From Convolutriloba macropyga (Eukaryota): a DNA stretch of 64,000 nt. The notes beneath the pieces are model-generated. The model saw only the letters and a list, made by a program, of their open reading frames with translations, did not search any database and had not been told where the DNA came from. The stretch lies in assembly GCF_964194025.1 (NCBI RefSeq), contig NC_134468.1, positions 76,632,001 to 76,696,000 on the forward strand, in the 5' to 3' direction. Position numbers and translations under genes: made by a program. Below, piece by piece: positions 36,813-49,750 of this stretch. How positions within the stretch are numbered: the stretch's first letter is position 1; every line of letters starts with the position of its first letter.

Positions 36813-38602
36813 TTTTAACATATTATATTAACTTATTTTAACTTATTATATTAATGAGAAAACGCAGATTGAAGTGGGCCAGGTTTAAATATATCATTTT
36901 AATTTGAGTACGACTCTAGTGGATTATTTTTCGCTATGATCATATTTATCTTGAATACGCGAGGAAGAACTTTGGAATCTATTCTCTTTATTCTCTTTAT
37001 TTCAATTAAAACAATACAGAATAGATTTTAGTGGGCAAATTATTTGTTCTTTTCACTTTCCGATATCGTTATAATAGTGCTCATGGGCTTTTCGTTGTCC
37101 TAAAATAGCATAAATTTAAGTAATTCATCTTTTTTTTATAGTAACCCGTTATTTAGTGTTAGCTCAAAAATTAAATGGGATGAGTTAATGCAATGAAGTA
37201 AATCACAAAAGAAAAAATTAATGTCTTTTGATAGAAATTGAAAAATTTTAATTAGTCAACAATCTTCAAGTCCATCCTATATATGGAATACTGATTTTTC
37301 TTCGATTTTAAGGACATATTTGTACCGTCAAGATATTATAATACCATATAATACCATATAATACCAATCTTAGCAACTTCCCAGATATTTCACAAAACAA
37401 AGCCTTAATTTTTTCATCTGGTACAAAATTGCACAGGAAATTTGTTATTCGCTTCAGAAAACTGTTTTCTCATTAAGGGTAAATTTGTAAATTTGTATAG
37501 TTAATCGGAATGTTCCCAGGACAAAAGCAACAACAAAACTTGATAGCTACAACCATTGAGGGTAGAAATTGCGTAACAATGTTAAATATCCTGATGTTTT
37601 ACCATTTTCTGGCACGTAGAAATTGCACCCTTGTTGCGTTTGTTCAACTATATTTATATGGTATTACTCTGTCGGAGTTTAAAGTTAATACACGATTTTT
37701 TGTGTGATTCACACGAGAAAAATTATTGTGTAAGTTTTTACGTGAAATTGATTATTGAATGATACCAAAAAATCACTTTGAGGAACGACCGTACAGGTTT
37801 GTTCTTCCAAAGCGTTTTTTGACCCAATTGCTTTTCGGTTGAACGTTTTCTGTTCCCAAATTATGCAAGTGTTCTGCATTTGTAATGTGTTCATCTTAAT
37901 CGGCTTTATTAATTGTTTTGACTACTACTGATGAACACTTACGTGACATACTGATATAAAATAATAATTTTTCGGATAAAAGCCGCTCAGTAACCGTTCG
38001 TTATCATTGCTTACGTTAAATGTTCAAAATTGTGACGGAATTTTGTAACTGTCACATTTATTAAGAACCGTTACATGTGAACCGACACATGTATTCACAA
38101 TTCAAGTTTTAGACAAAAAGTTGATAAATTGGACAAATGAGCGTCACATATGTCCACAAATAGCAACATTTTCTAAATGTGTACGCTTGGCGACTTAGTT
38201 TATGACCAGTAAGTTGAATATTCAGGACCAATTCAAATCAGAATAAAAGTTTTGGGCATATACAAACTTTGTTTTGAATTTTTGTTTTGAAGTTTTACAT
38301 GGTGTTTGCTATAACTATTCCAGTTGTTTTGCTTGATCGAACTAAACACGGTTCTTCTAAAATCATAAAGCACGATCTGGATGGATGATTTAAAAGTTCA
38401 TGATCTGAATAAAAGAATCGATGATTCAAGAAAATTAACATTTTTCACGATGATCGAAAAGTGCCTATATAACGTATGGATGCATTTGGTCCGAGGACAG
38501 TTATTTTTTTTGCCTTTCCATGAAAAATGAAGCACTTATATGTTTTGACAAAAAGTATTTTTTGGTAAACAAAAACCTACTACTTAATGATAGTGTATGC
38601 AG

Positions 38603-38746
38603 AAATTAAGTTCCATCTGACTCATACAAAGGAGAAAGTACTGACAGTGAATGTATTATCATGTGCGTTTGGCGTGGTGGGCAGTTTGGGCATGTGGATA
38701 GTGGCCGCTTTTCAAGAGATGAATGCTGCCCTTGTCCATCGAACAG
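38603..38746 (+). CDS. DRAM/TMEM150 family protein, exon 2
   Basis: Acceptor TGCAG; N....FGVVGSLGMWIVAAFQE....VHRT; donor GTGCTC, phase 1. Confidence 0.85.
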
Positions 38747-41606
38747 GTGCTCATAAATTGAATGATTGATATTCAGTTGAGGCTCCCACTACTTAAGTAA
38801 AATCTTTCTGGTAACTTATTATCTCCTAAAGTTTTCTCAATAGAAGCTCTTTTGGAAACTAAAACGAGTGTAAAATGGAAACTAAAAACAACCAAGGTCA
38901 AAGATTTTTTTTGCCGGTTAGCAGTTTTACACTACTAAAAAAGACTCAAGTTGAAGTTTTACATAATAGACAGCCTGTTTTGAGGAGCGACATTCCATGT
39001 TTGAAGGACGATATAGATGGATGTTTGACAGATTTTCGTAAGAGACAGTAAGCTCAGAGCCTCATAAAATTTACTCAACTTGATCATAAAACTCTTGATT
39101 TTACAATGCAAATTTCTGTTTCAAATAATGAAGGGGTGATCAAAATAGACAGAATTTACTTTGAATATAACATTTTGCTCCCTTTGTGAACGTCTATTCG
39201 AATTTTCTCCACGTATCGTTCCCGCTATCGTTCTAAAATTTCCAGCAGTTAAGGTTCTATTCATTCACAGCCGACTGATTGTTAGAAACGTCGAAGACAA
39301 TGCAAATCGTGATGGTATGATAATGCTCCTCAATAACATGCCTTCTATCGTGTAAATTGAAATTCGTTCAAGATCGCGGAAAAGGAAAAACAGCTGCTCC
39401 GAATACTGGTTTTCGTCAAAAAAAAATAAAGCAAACAAGATTCCTCAAAATTGTGGGTACATCCTGATATACCAGATTTTTACTCCACTTCAATCAGGTT
39501 TGTCGGGATAGCTTCTCCCTGGTTATTTTTTTGCTGGAGTTCTCATGGTCTCACGTTCTGGTCTGGCAATATGGTTTTCCAAGGCAGCGTCTTGTTCGGA
39601 TTCTCCTGGTGAATGAAAATGTGATCATTCCTATACGGATAATTAAGTTAGCAAGAGCAATTAGTGAACTGTTGGTGGCATTAAAATGGACTGGTTCACA
39701 CAAATCAAAGACAATGCTTGCATGAATACTCAATCTCTCTCAAAGCAGTAGTTTCAAAGGAATACTTCCCCGCGACTCTGTTTTGTTTTGATGTGGCATC
39801 AAAATCTGCTGTAGCAAAACTCAAAATATCACTTTAGGATTCGGTGTCCAGGCTTGAGTACCTTGTTGCATTGTTTGCAGGCTCATTTGCTCTTGAATGG
39901 TGAATGGGTGAATCCTTCTTTTGGGAACCCCAGTGACTCACGTCAATGATAGTAGGTCACCCCTCAGCAACTCCACCATTTGCCTCAAGTACACTCTTTT
40001 TGTTTTTGATTAATCGTCTGCTGGTGGATCTCATGAGTTTTAGCTCAGGCCTCAAGTCTAAACTTGAAATCACAGCGCTACAAAAGACGTTTCCGTTGAG
40101 GATTGTCAAAGCAAATTCAGAGCACTGTTCCTTGTTTTCGCTCTTTATTCCTTTGGTCATGTGCAGAATACTTTTATTCGATTTCAGCTCAATTCTGAAC
40201 TCGGTATTGAGGTAGGGACTGAGCGGCGCAAACCTTAATTTCTGAAGGTGAAGCAATTTTTTTTTGTCCTCATCGTTTGTCGAAATCTGTTCTGCTCAAG
40301 GCAGCAGCAGAGAGGATTCGCTCTCCAGCTGCATAGCGGAATTCGAAGTTGTTTCTCGTCAGCGCTAGAACGCTTCTGGTGTTTCATGCTGACGCTGTTT
40401 CGACGATCCTTTGTCTCGTTCGAAGAATAATTTAAGGTGTTTTGACGTTATTCTGCTGTAGATTGAAACTACAATTGCAGATTTTTTGAACCCTTGCCAA
40501 GCTAAACATGATATTTTGTATGTGATAGATCAATTTTACCAAGTAGGAGGCATCATGGAGATCGTGGAGGGTTAATTAGGGTTCTGAGATTTGGTAATCT
40601 TTTTCCGTAATTTTCTTATTGAAGTAAACTTTCAGGCCAAGACAGTCTTTGTGTTGAATTTTGTTCCCCTGCCACTCAACTGGTGATGCTTTATGACCCC
40701 CACAAAACTGCAACTGATGCATGCCTTCCCCCCAACACTTTGACTCAAAACTTTTTTTGACTTTTTTTTAGAAAAGGTAGAGTCTTTATTTCAGCCTGGC
40801 AGATGATTGCCTGTGTTACCAACATATATTCTACATGCGCTTTGTATCTTTTGACTGAAGATAGCTGTTCATCACTTTGTGTTAACGCCTGCTCGAGGAA
40901 AGTTTTTTCTCATTTATCTAAATTCTGTATCAGAATGCAAAGATGCTGATTGTTGCTTCCTATACTTACTCCATTTCCTTGTAATATCACCTCTTAGTGA
41001 AACTAGTTGAATCAAGAGATAATAACCACAAGCCTAAATGCGTCTGGATTTCCCATGTGGCCAAAGTTTATAATGTCAGTCCAGATATGAGATGACATGT
41101 TTACCATTTCAACACTTGAATAAGCTTGCACTTTTCATTTTTTCAGCGGCCTTTTACTGTTAAGTACTGTCATTTAGATGACATGGTTTACTCGTTTTAC
41201 TGTTTACAGTACATTACATTTTCTTTTTTCAAGGCGGTTTGACTGGACAGCTTAACTTCTTCGCAGAAATTGTTGATTTGTTCAAACTTATCGGACTTAG
41301 GCTGGGTTTAACTTCTGCATGTTTTTGTAAAGTGTTCCACCTTTTCAGAGATTATTCATTTTTTGTTCAAAACCGCACACGTCTTGCTGCTGCAGAGTTA
41401 ACTTTAACACCTTTCGCACAAGACGGGAATGCAGTGTTTAGCCAGAAATCATTTTGCTCGGTTTTTGAAGGTCTAATTTGAACGTTTCCTTTGGTTTTTG
41501 AATGCTAATTTTGAAGTATTTTATTATAATTTTTGCTAATAGTCTCTAATTGTTTTTTAAATAGTTTTCAATCACAGCTACCTTGGCAATCATTCATTGG
41601 ATCAAG

Positions 41607-41780
41607 GTGCGGGTTTGATGTTCATATCGGCAGTTCTGTACACCTGCCTGCAGTGCTACATCACTCATCAGCTGATAAAAGCGAAGGTTTTCAACTACAA
41701 GTGGATGTTGGTTCTCCGCATCATAATTGCAGTTGTGTTCACTGTCACATTCATGACTTTTGGTCTCTCCTCGCAAGCAG
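41607..41780 (+). CDS. DRAM/TMEM150 family protein, exon 3
   Basis: Use of the AAG acceptor at 41604-41606 restores the conserved H..GA.L.F motif and Y..LQ..IT; donor GTATTT, phase 1. Confidence 0.8.
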
Positions 41781-42348
41781 GTATTTATTATAGGTTAAAT
41801 GTTCATATTACGTTTAATGCTTTGATGTTGTGGGATTATTTTTGACTAATTTTCGACCAATCTGTCAAATCTAAATGATCTTTTTTTAAACTAAGGTAAT
41901 CAACTTTTGTATTTTACCTTAAAACTGATCACAAAATTTTGAGACATGAAAAAGAAGTTTATACGATAATTGTTGATGAGGCCCCCAAAACAATACTTTA
42001 CAATTCCTATAAGTTGCAGAATTCAATTTATTTAGCAAAACCAGACCATTGGGCAACATTTTTTGTGCACCTATAACACGTGTGTTGCCGGGCCGAGGTT
42101 TTGCTAAAAAAATAATGCGGTGAATAGGGGTGCCATTTTTTCAACTTCGTTGCTTACATAATTTTGCAACGTGATGTTTTCAAGCAGTCAATTTTTGAAA
42201 GATTTTGCAGTTCTTAGCGGTAATGCTACCACATTCGGTGTTAAAGTCGCAAGTCTTACGTTTTAGGTTTTTTAGTTATGCAGATAACAAGAATCCACTA
42301 AGTCAACAAAACTATCATTTCAAATGATTGAATTTGTTTACATTGCAG

Positions 42349-42533
42349 GTGACAGGTATCCACCAGACAGCAAAGCAAATGCAACTGTCTACTACTTGTC
42401 AACAGGGACAGAGTACGTGGCAACCATATCCCTATTCTTGTTCGTCCTCTCATTCGCCTATGAATTCTCTTTCGTCAAAATCAATTTTGATGTCTCAACA
42501 CCTTCACTTGCAAGGGTCACAAATGCTAAATAG
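42349..42533 (+). CDS. DRAM/TMEM150 family protein, exon 4
   Basis: Acceptor TTGCAG; YYLSTGTEYV..F.LSFAYEF; stop TAG. The joined CDS is 756 nt. Confidence 0.88.
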
Positions 42534-43621
42534 ATGAATAATTTTGATGGAAGCTCTCATCGACAGTGGCTAATTAATGAGAATTTTCTGAATGAAATGC
42601 TGTCCAGTTTTCTTAAATAATTGAAAGTTCCTGCCCTCTGAAGGAATTATAATTATAACTTTCTGTTCAAACCATCTTTTGATTAATTGATTAAGCTTAT
42701 ACTGCTGGGAAATTTTTAGACACATTTGAGTAATGTAATGTTGTCAATTGAGCACAGTTTCTAAATTTTCAATCTGATTCGTTTTCGCTTCTTTTTGTAA
42801 TAGAAATTGTTATTCAGCTGGATTTTTTATTGTCAGCTTTTGGCTTGAGTGCTGTTTCGACCTATAAAAAAGTTTTTGGAGGTTATTTGAACCAGGCGAT
42901 TTTTTAAAATTGATTCAGTGTTTATTTTCGTTTAACAATTCTACTCACATACAGTTTCAAATAAAATACTGGCCGCCAGCGAAATTTAAAAAAAAATGTA
43001 AACAAATTTATTGCAATTATTTATATCCTGTTTGTCTTATGATAATGCAATCTGTTGTGCGGCCAACTTATCGTTGGACCAATTTTTTGTAGGTTTTTTT
43101 AAAATTTCCACTTTAACAGCATAAAAATCACAGCGTGGAGGTTTGACTTTCAATTTCTTTCTAGTCTTCCATAATGAATTGCCATTGAAAACTTACAGGC
43201 TTTCAATATTTTTTGGGATTAATAGATAAATTTCTCCAATTTTCCAGCTGTGCTTTTCCGTTTTTTTGGGCTGGATTTTTGCAAATCCTGGTAAAAACTG
43301 ATTGTGGGTTCTTGCTTTGATAAAAACACAGCTAAACGGAGTTGTAATGGGCAGTATAGGAGCCCATATACCCTACTTGGCGCTAATTTAGCGCCCATTT
43401 CAGCATTTTGGTCAAATTTTGGCAAAATTACGGTCAATCGTCTAATCTTCATTATTCCGACCATACAGCTGAATCCGGTTCATCTCAAATTATTGAGATA
43501 TTGGAAAATTTGCCTATTTTTGCATTTTTGGACCTTTGTGACAATTTCTTGGCTAGTTTTTTTGTTCCGAATCTAATTTGTACAATTTTGGGGTTTTTTG
43601 CTTCATCAAGACGTTCTAATC

Positions 43622-44126
43622 CTTGAGCAAGAGTTCACTCAAGACTTGTCATTTCTTGGCCACAACTCAGCACAAGTTTTGTCAAGTCTTGGACACCTTT
43701 TGACTCACTACTTTCTAAATCTTAGCATGGACCTGACTCAAGATTTAACATTAGACTTATCAAGTCTTGGCTAAGATTTGACTCAATACTTGCTAGGCTT
43801 TGACTAACACTTCACCCAGGACTTGTAAAATCCCTGCCAAGTCTTATCCCAGGACTTGCCTAGACCTGGACAAGATGTGACCCAATAATTGCCATGTCAA
43901 AGCCACAAATATACTCAAGACTTGCCAGGTCTTGGTCAAGATTCGGCTGAATACTTTTCAAGTGTTGACCAAGGCATGACACAGAACATTTCTCCTCATG
44001 ATCAGGAATCGGCCCAAGATCCTTCAATTCTGGGACCAGAATTAACTCAGGACCTGCCAGGTCTCGGCTATGACTTGACTAAAGACTTGTCATGTCTCAG
44101 GATTTGATCAGAGACGTGCCAAGTCT
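43622..44126. repeat. Degenerate ~33-bp minisatellite
   Basis: Recurrent CTTGG..AAGA.TTGACTCAAGACTTG.CA.GT, about 15 units. Confidence 0.8.
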
Positions 44127-44397
44127 AAAAATGAAATGATCGGAGCTTTGAAGCAGTAGTGATACATGACTTGCTAAAAGATTTTATTCAGTGATGTTTA
44201 ATACTTGAAGTTATGTCCGGGTATTTTTTCCAGCTGATTAATTTTTGTCCCTTCCCATTTCATTGCAAGAGAAATTGTCTTCCAGCTTTTCGATTTAAAC
44301 AACTGATTCTGGTGGCTTCATTGGTTTGAAGCAGTGCCAGAATTAAAATAATTTCAAATCCTAAAATTCAATTAGTAGCGTCAGTTGTGTCAAGTTA

Positions 44398-45420
44398 CCC
44401 CAGTCGATTTCGAATGGTTATCTTGCAAGATTCTGGCAGATTCTGCCAGAATATTGCAAGATTATGCATAATCTTGCAAGATTTCTGCCAGAATCTTGCA
44501 AGATAACCATTCATTCTGCCAGAAACTTGCAAGATAACCATTTTTCTGCCAGAAACTTGCAAGATAACCATTTTTCTGCCAGAATCTTGCAAGATAACCA
44601 TTCATTCTGCCAGAAACTTGCAAGATAACCATTTTTCTGCCAGAAACTTGCAAGATAACCATTTTTCTGCCAGAATCTTGCAAGATAACCATTTTTCTGC
44701 CAGAATCTTTCATGATAGTAATTTTTCTGCCAGAATATTACAAGATAATCATTTGTCTGTCAGAATCTTCTAATATAGCCACTTTTTTGCACAAGATCCT
44801 ACAAAATGAATTGATTAATGCGAGTAATTCTGACAGGAAGAGATTTGCGCGACAGCTCTTCTAAAGTCCTTCGAAGCTAAAAAAAAGGCAAGCCGTGAAT
44901 AATCACATTTTTTGGGCATTGGCAAGAAAACTTAAGCGCAAGGAGCTGAATTAAATGAAAGGAAGCTTCTTAAGATGCAAAGAATAATATCGCATAATTT
45001 TTTCATCAGAAAAAATAATCTAGACGTGTAGTTTTATAAATCTTGATAAAGTTGAAAAAAAAAAAACAATTTTTAATAGTAATTTATTTTGTGTTAACAA
45101 TTCTCAAAGGCAGATTTTAATTTGTTTTCTTCAGATAATTCATATTTCCAGATTCAAAATCTAATTAAATTTATTATTTTTCTTAGAAAACACGCAACTG
45201 ATTCTGAAGTAACTTTCTGGTCAAAATGAAATGTGCTGCATGAATGAGAGCCAATAAGAGGACAGCTCGACCGGAACGAACTTGCAAGAATCTTGCAAGT
45301 TAACCATTTTTCTGGCAGATTTTGCAAGATAACCATTTTTCTTCCAGATCTTGCAAAATAGACAGTTTTTGCAAGATTCTTGCAGAATCTTGCAAAATAA
45401 CCATCTGGTCTCGACTTGGG
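44398..45420. mobile_element. Non-autonomous TIR DNA transposon (CCC..GGG termini, TA flanks) with an internal 30-bp minisatellite
   Basis: Imperfect TIR CCC(C/A)AGTCGA..ATGGTTAT.TTGCAAGATTCTG; array of CTTGCAAGATAACCATTTTTCTGCCAGAA(A/T) at ~44494-44770. Confidence 0.8.
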
Positions 45421-45451
45421 TAGTTTGATGGCTCAAACACGCGTGACTTTT

Positions 45452-45589
45452 NNNNNNNNNNNNNNNNNNNNNNNNNNNNNNNNNNNNNNNNNNNNNNNNN
45501 NNNNNNNNNNNNNNNNNNNNNNNNNNNNNNNNNNNNNNNNNNNNNNNNNNNNNNNNNNNNNNNNNNNNNNNNNNNNNNNNNNNNNNNNN
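45452..45589. other. Assembly gap (138 N)
   Basis: Run of n. Confidence 1.
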
Positions 45590-45599
45590 GATATCTACA

Positions 45600-48500
45600 A
45601 AACTAAAGCTTATATGATTTCTCAGTAGTGGCAAACAAAGTGGCATCAGAATAGCACTTCATATTTCTTGAGCTATCCATACTCTTACTACATTATTTTT
45701 TCTTTATCTTTTGAGAGAACTGAGGGGAAAATATAACTGATAGAATGCTTTGCAATTGGATTAGCATTATTATTTTCATCATATTTCGACGCCTTTGATT
45801 TACGAATGACCTTAATGTGCACCTGTATATTGAAATAAAGGGTTACAATATACAGTTAGAATGTGCATGGGTAGGGCAAGAGAAAAAAGCTTGCCCCTCC
45901 TATGCACATAATAACTGAATAACTGTCTTTAAAGGTGCGGCTCTGCAATGCCCTCAAAGAACTTGTGCCATACGCTGACCTACTTAAAGCCCTTAGTATT
46001 TAAGGAACATCTTTGAAGCCAGGTCATCTAGAAAATTTAAAAGCTATAAGTCTCTGAAGCATCCAAAGTGAAAAAACAACTCGATAGAACGAACAAAAAA
46101 AATCTCCGATATAAACTTGGTGTCCGGAATGAGATATGCAAGTCTTCTAGCTTTAGTTCTTATATCAGGTAAATATAACTCGTTAACTTTTCGTCAATTT
46201 TTTTATATGCGATATTCTTGGAAGTAAAAAAGTCCTCATGATCACCTTATAAGTGCAATAATCTTAGAACTGATATCTTACGACAAAATTTTTTGAAGGG
46301 TTTCCTAAAGACCTAAAGTTGATCAGCAAAGTAACAATGCCTAGGATCAGATAAAAATTGCAGCGATTATCTTTCGCAAGTGTTTTTTTTGCAACTGCCT
46401 AAGAGTACACGGGACAAATAAAATCACAAAATATTTTTTTAGTAAAAAGCGTTGATTTAGCACCGCCAAAAACTAAGTTATCTTGAACTGTAACCTCTAT
46501 ATCTGCATTTCATTGAAACAAGATTGTCGGGTCAGATTAGCGGTACTTTTAGAAAAGTTTCCAAAAAATTAAAAATCGAGTCTTTTTTGTAGCCTATAAG
46601 ACCAAAAAAGATATAGTACAGAAAATTTTATTGATGCTTATTGCGTTGAAATACGCATTACTTTCAGACTAAAGAAGTGCTAGCTTTCAATTAAAGCATG
46701 TTGTCCATGTATGTTTGTATATCAACTTACTTTACATTAACAGTATGATTAAGCATGTATCAATGGGGGAGGTCCCAAACTAAGCGGGGGGACCTTGGCA
46801 GAAAAGATGCAAAAAGATTAATCAAGCAAAAATAATAAAATAGCAATAGATGATTGCTCAGTTGTGGTAAACAAAAGGGCATCAGCATAACACTTCATAT
46901 TTCATAAGCTTCCCATACTCCTACTATTTAGTTTTTTCTCTTTATCTTTCGAGAAAATTGAGTAAAAATTAAATGCTAGAATGCCTTTGCATTTGCATCA
47001 GCACTTTTTCAGCAAAGAACAACTCGATAGAACAAACAAAAAAATTCTCCGATATAAACTTGTTGTCCGCAATGAGATACACGAGTCTTCTAGCTTTAGT
47101 TTTTTATCAGGTAAAAATAACTCGTTCACTCTGTTCACTTTTCATCAACCTCTTCATACAAAATATTTTTGGAATTAAAAAGCCCACATGATCAGCTTAT
47201 AAGTGCATTATCCTAGAACTGATAGCTTACAACAATTATTTTGAAGGCTTTACTGTTGAAAACTTTCAGATAATTGATTAATGTTTTATTGCTTCAAAGT
47301 GATCTTTTTCAAAGTGATGGTCTCTGATTGTTGTTATGTGACCAATAAAAAGTTACTTGGATTATCATTAGAAAACAAGTCCGCGAAACGTTTCCTAAAA
47401 ACTTACTTTTGATCAAAAAAAAATGCGTAGGATCAAAGAAATTGTAGTGAATATCTTTCGAAAGTGTCTGTTTGCAATTACAAGGGACAAGTAAAAATCT
47501 CAAACAAATTTTTTAAGTTTTTTTTTAAAAAAATTCAAGCAGCTCTTGCTTTTAAGGTTTTCTTTGATCCTCATTTTTGAATGAAAAGTACAAGGCATAT
47601 TAATATTGCCTCAATTTCTGTTATGGTTTTGTTTCTGTTGGCTCATTTGACAACTATAACCCTTTAATGTATATTTTCATGAAAAATAGTATTATTCTTT
47701 TGTTCGAAATACAGAATTTAAACAGAAGCTAGCTTTCTCAGGAGAAAATTTACTTGAAAGAAGAGAATCCTTTGAAAAGTACTTACGATGCCTTTTTAAA
47801 CAAAAGTCATCAGAGGTGACTGGACATCTGAATCGGGGCTCTTCAACTGAATAGCGGCGTCTAGAAATTTCTAACGAGCTTTTTTTCATAAAAAAATTTC
47901 TATTTTGTTTGACCTAAATTACTGTATTTTACTTATAAGCATCACTCGGGTCAACGATCATACTTTTCCTTGATTTCGTACTAGGTCATATATGATTCTT
48001 AGTAATCATATTAGGTCATATACGATGTGTATGAAATCTTGGTAGTCATACAAGGACCATATATGATTTCCTAGAAATCATACAGGGGTCATACAGAAAA
48101 ATTTCTAATACTAAAAACTATATAATATTGATTTTCTATTGAAGTTTAAAAAATTTCTTGAAAATAATATAAGGTCATATATGACACACAAAAACATAGA
48201 CTGCTGCCGCAAATTTTTGCATAATGTAGTCAGAGGACTCAATAAATTTTTATATCGCATTTGCAATCCACATTCGATTCTTCTGTGCGCTAAAAGAATA
48301 ACTTCGCGATTTAAACTTATTCAGAAAATGAATTTATGGCAATATGCATTTTTTTCTCGATTATTTTTTAATTGAGCAATTATCAGAGTATGTCAAAAAT
48401 TTAGTTATCGCCTTGAACTTACCCTTTTATTTAGTGCCCAACTTTGTAAAGGATATTTTACATTAGGGTATTTTGTCGGATCACAAAGTGATGACGGGGA

Positions 48501-49750
48501 ATCATATAGGTGATGCCCTAAAGAATAAAAACAAAAAATTATATATGGCAAACAAAAAAAAATGATAAAAGATTTTCGAAAATTAGGTGTATGATTCTTG
48601 GTATTCATACTAGGATCATATAGGATTTCTTGATAATCATGCAAGATCAATATGATTTCTTTGGTTTCATACAAGGATCGTACTAAGAAATCAAGTATGG
48701 AAAGTACGAAATCATATATGATCCTTGTATGAGATCTAAAAAATTTCAACTAGGGCAGAACTGTTAGACGTCAATTCTTGAAATTTCAAAAATTTTCGTC
48801 TTTTGGAAAATCGAAATACTGAGCGGCAAAAAATACCACTTCGGTTTATTGGTTTTTGCAAGATCGCAGGATGCTCTTGTTGAGCTATTTAGTTCACAAA
48901 ATGCTCTTTTTCCGTGAAATAGTTGTTTAAAACTCATCACAACAAACTAAATTATCGAAAAATAGAATATTTATGGGCTCAATATCAACTGTTTTGATGA
49001 AAATTGAATCTGGTTTCTTTATAAATTGTTATATAGTAAAGAAATATATACGAGAACAGCTGCGATCACTTTTTGTTTCCTTGAAATTGATAAACTGATT
49101 TTGTATAAAAAATTGAAACGATCAGCTGAGATTTTTATTTGTCTAAAATTGAAAAAAACTATTTGCAATAAAACTGAATTATTAATTCAGAAAAGCAAAT
49201 AACAACTATTGGCTGTTAACATTTGTCCGTCAAAAACAAATCCTACTATCAACGCATACTTGATTCCAATTTTAAAAAATCTCGAGGCAGAAAATGTTGT
49301 CATCTCTTTGAATCGGTGCCGTAAAAGTTAGTCAGACGGAAAATGGGCCACAGAGTGAAATAATCCACAAGTGTTGTCCCCAATGGCACAGATTTGGCTT
49401 CGATTTTCATTTGGATGTTATCAGGTTGATGTTTTCGAGACCCACGGGCATGTATGCCCAAATCTTGACAATAAAAACATTTCCCAAAATCCCTAAGTTC
49501 AATTTAACGATAACTGCATTGTAATGCATAAAAAGGTCAAAAAAATCCTTTTACTGTTGCTTTAATATATACAATGAAAAGCATTTCATTTTCAAATTTA
49601 TATAATAATGCAAACAATGCTTTTAGAATACTTAACAATAATACAAAAATTTTTCTACAATATTTCTACTCAAGAAATAATTAATAAAAATAAATTATTT
49701 TCAAGAACAGTGTACTTGCAGGGACATCAAAGGCTTGTGAAGCCTGTATA
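45600..49750 (-). repeat. Very old, locally multiplied LINE-derived repeat (block 1)
   Basis: Segments recur at 45620/46857/57208, 46070/47020/59390 and 47810/58065/59920. The minus strand gives LYLPDIRTKARR/ISFRTPSLY, resembling a LINE C-terminus. Confidence 0.65.
47945..48755. mobile_element. Non-autonomous TIR element with (AT)CATATATGAT subterminal repeats
   Basis: Inverted subterminal arrays, GGG right end and CA on both flanks; absent from the paralogous sites at ~58195 and ~60060. Confidence 0.7.

Noticed and set aside
34846-37366. Short tandem repeats (ATAATATCT x4, GTGTGATTAAGTCAA x3, ATATAATACC x3)
   Set aside because: Ordinary slippage-type repeats with no further structure.
44395-44713. 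CRISPR-like array, or repeat protein MVILQ(D/V)SGRK
   Set aside because: The 30-bp units are head-to-tail with no unique spacers, there are no cas genes, and the context is eukaryotic. The ORFs are by-products of the minisatellite.
45221-45646. ORFs spanning the N run
   Set aside because: Artefacts of the assembly gap.
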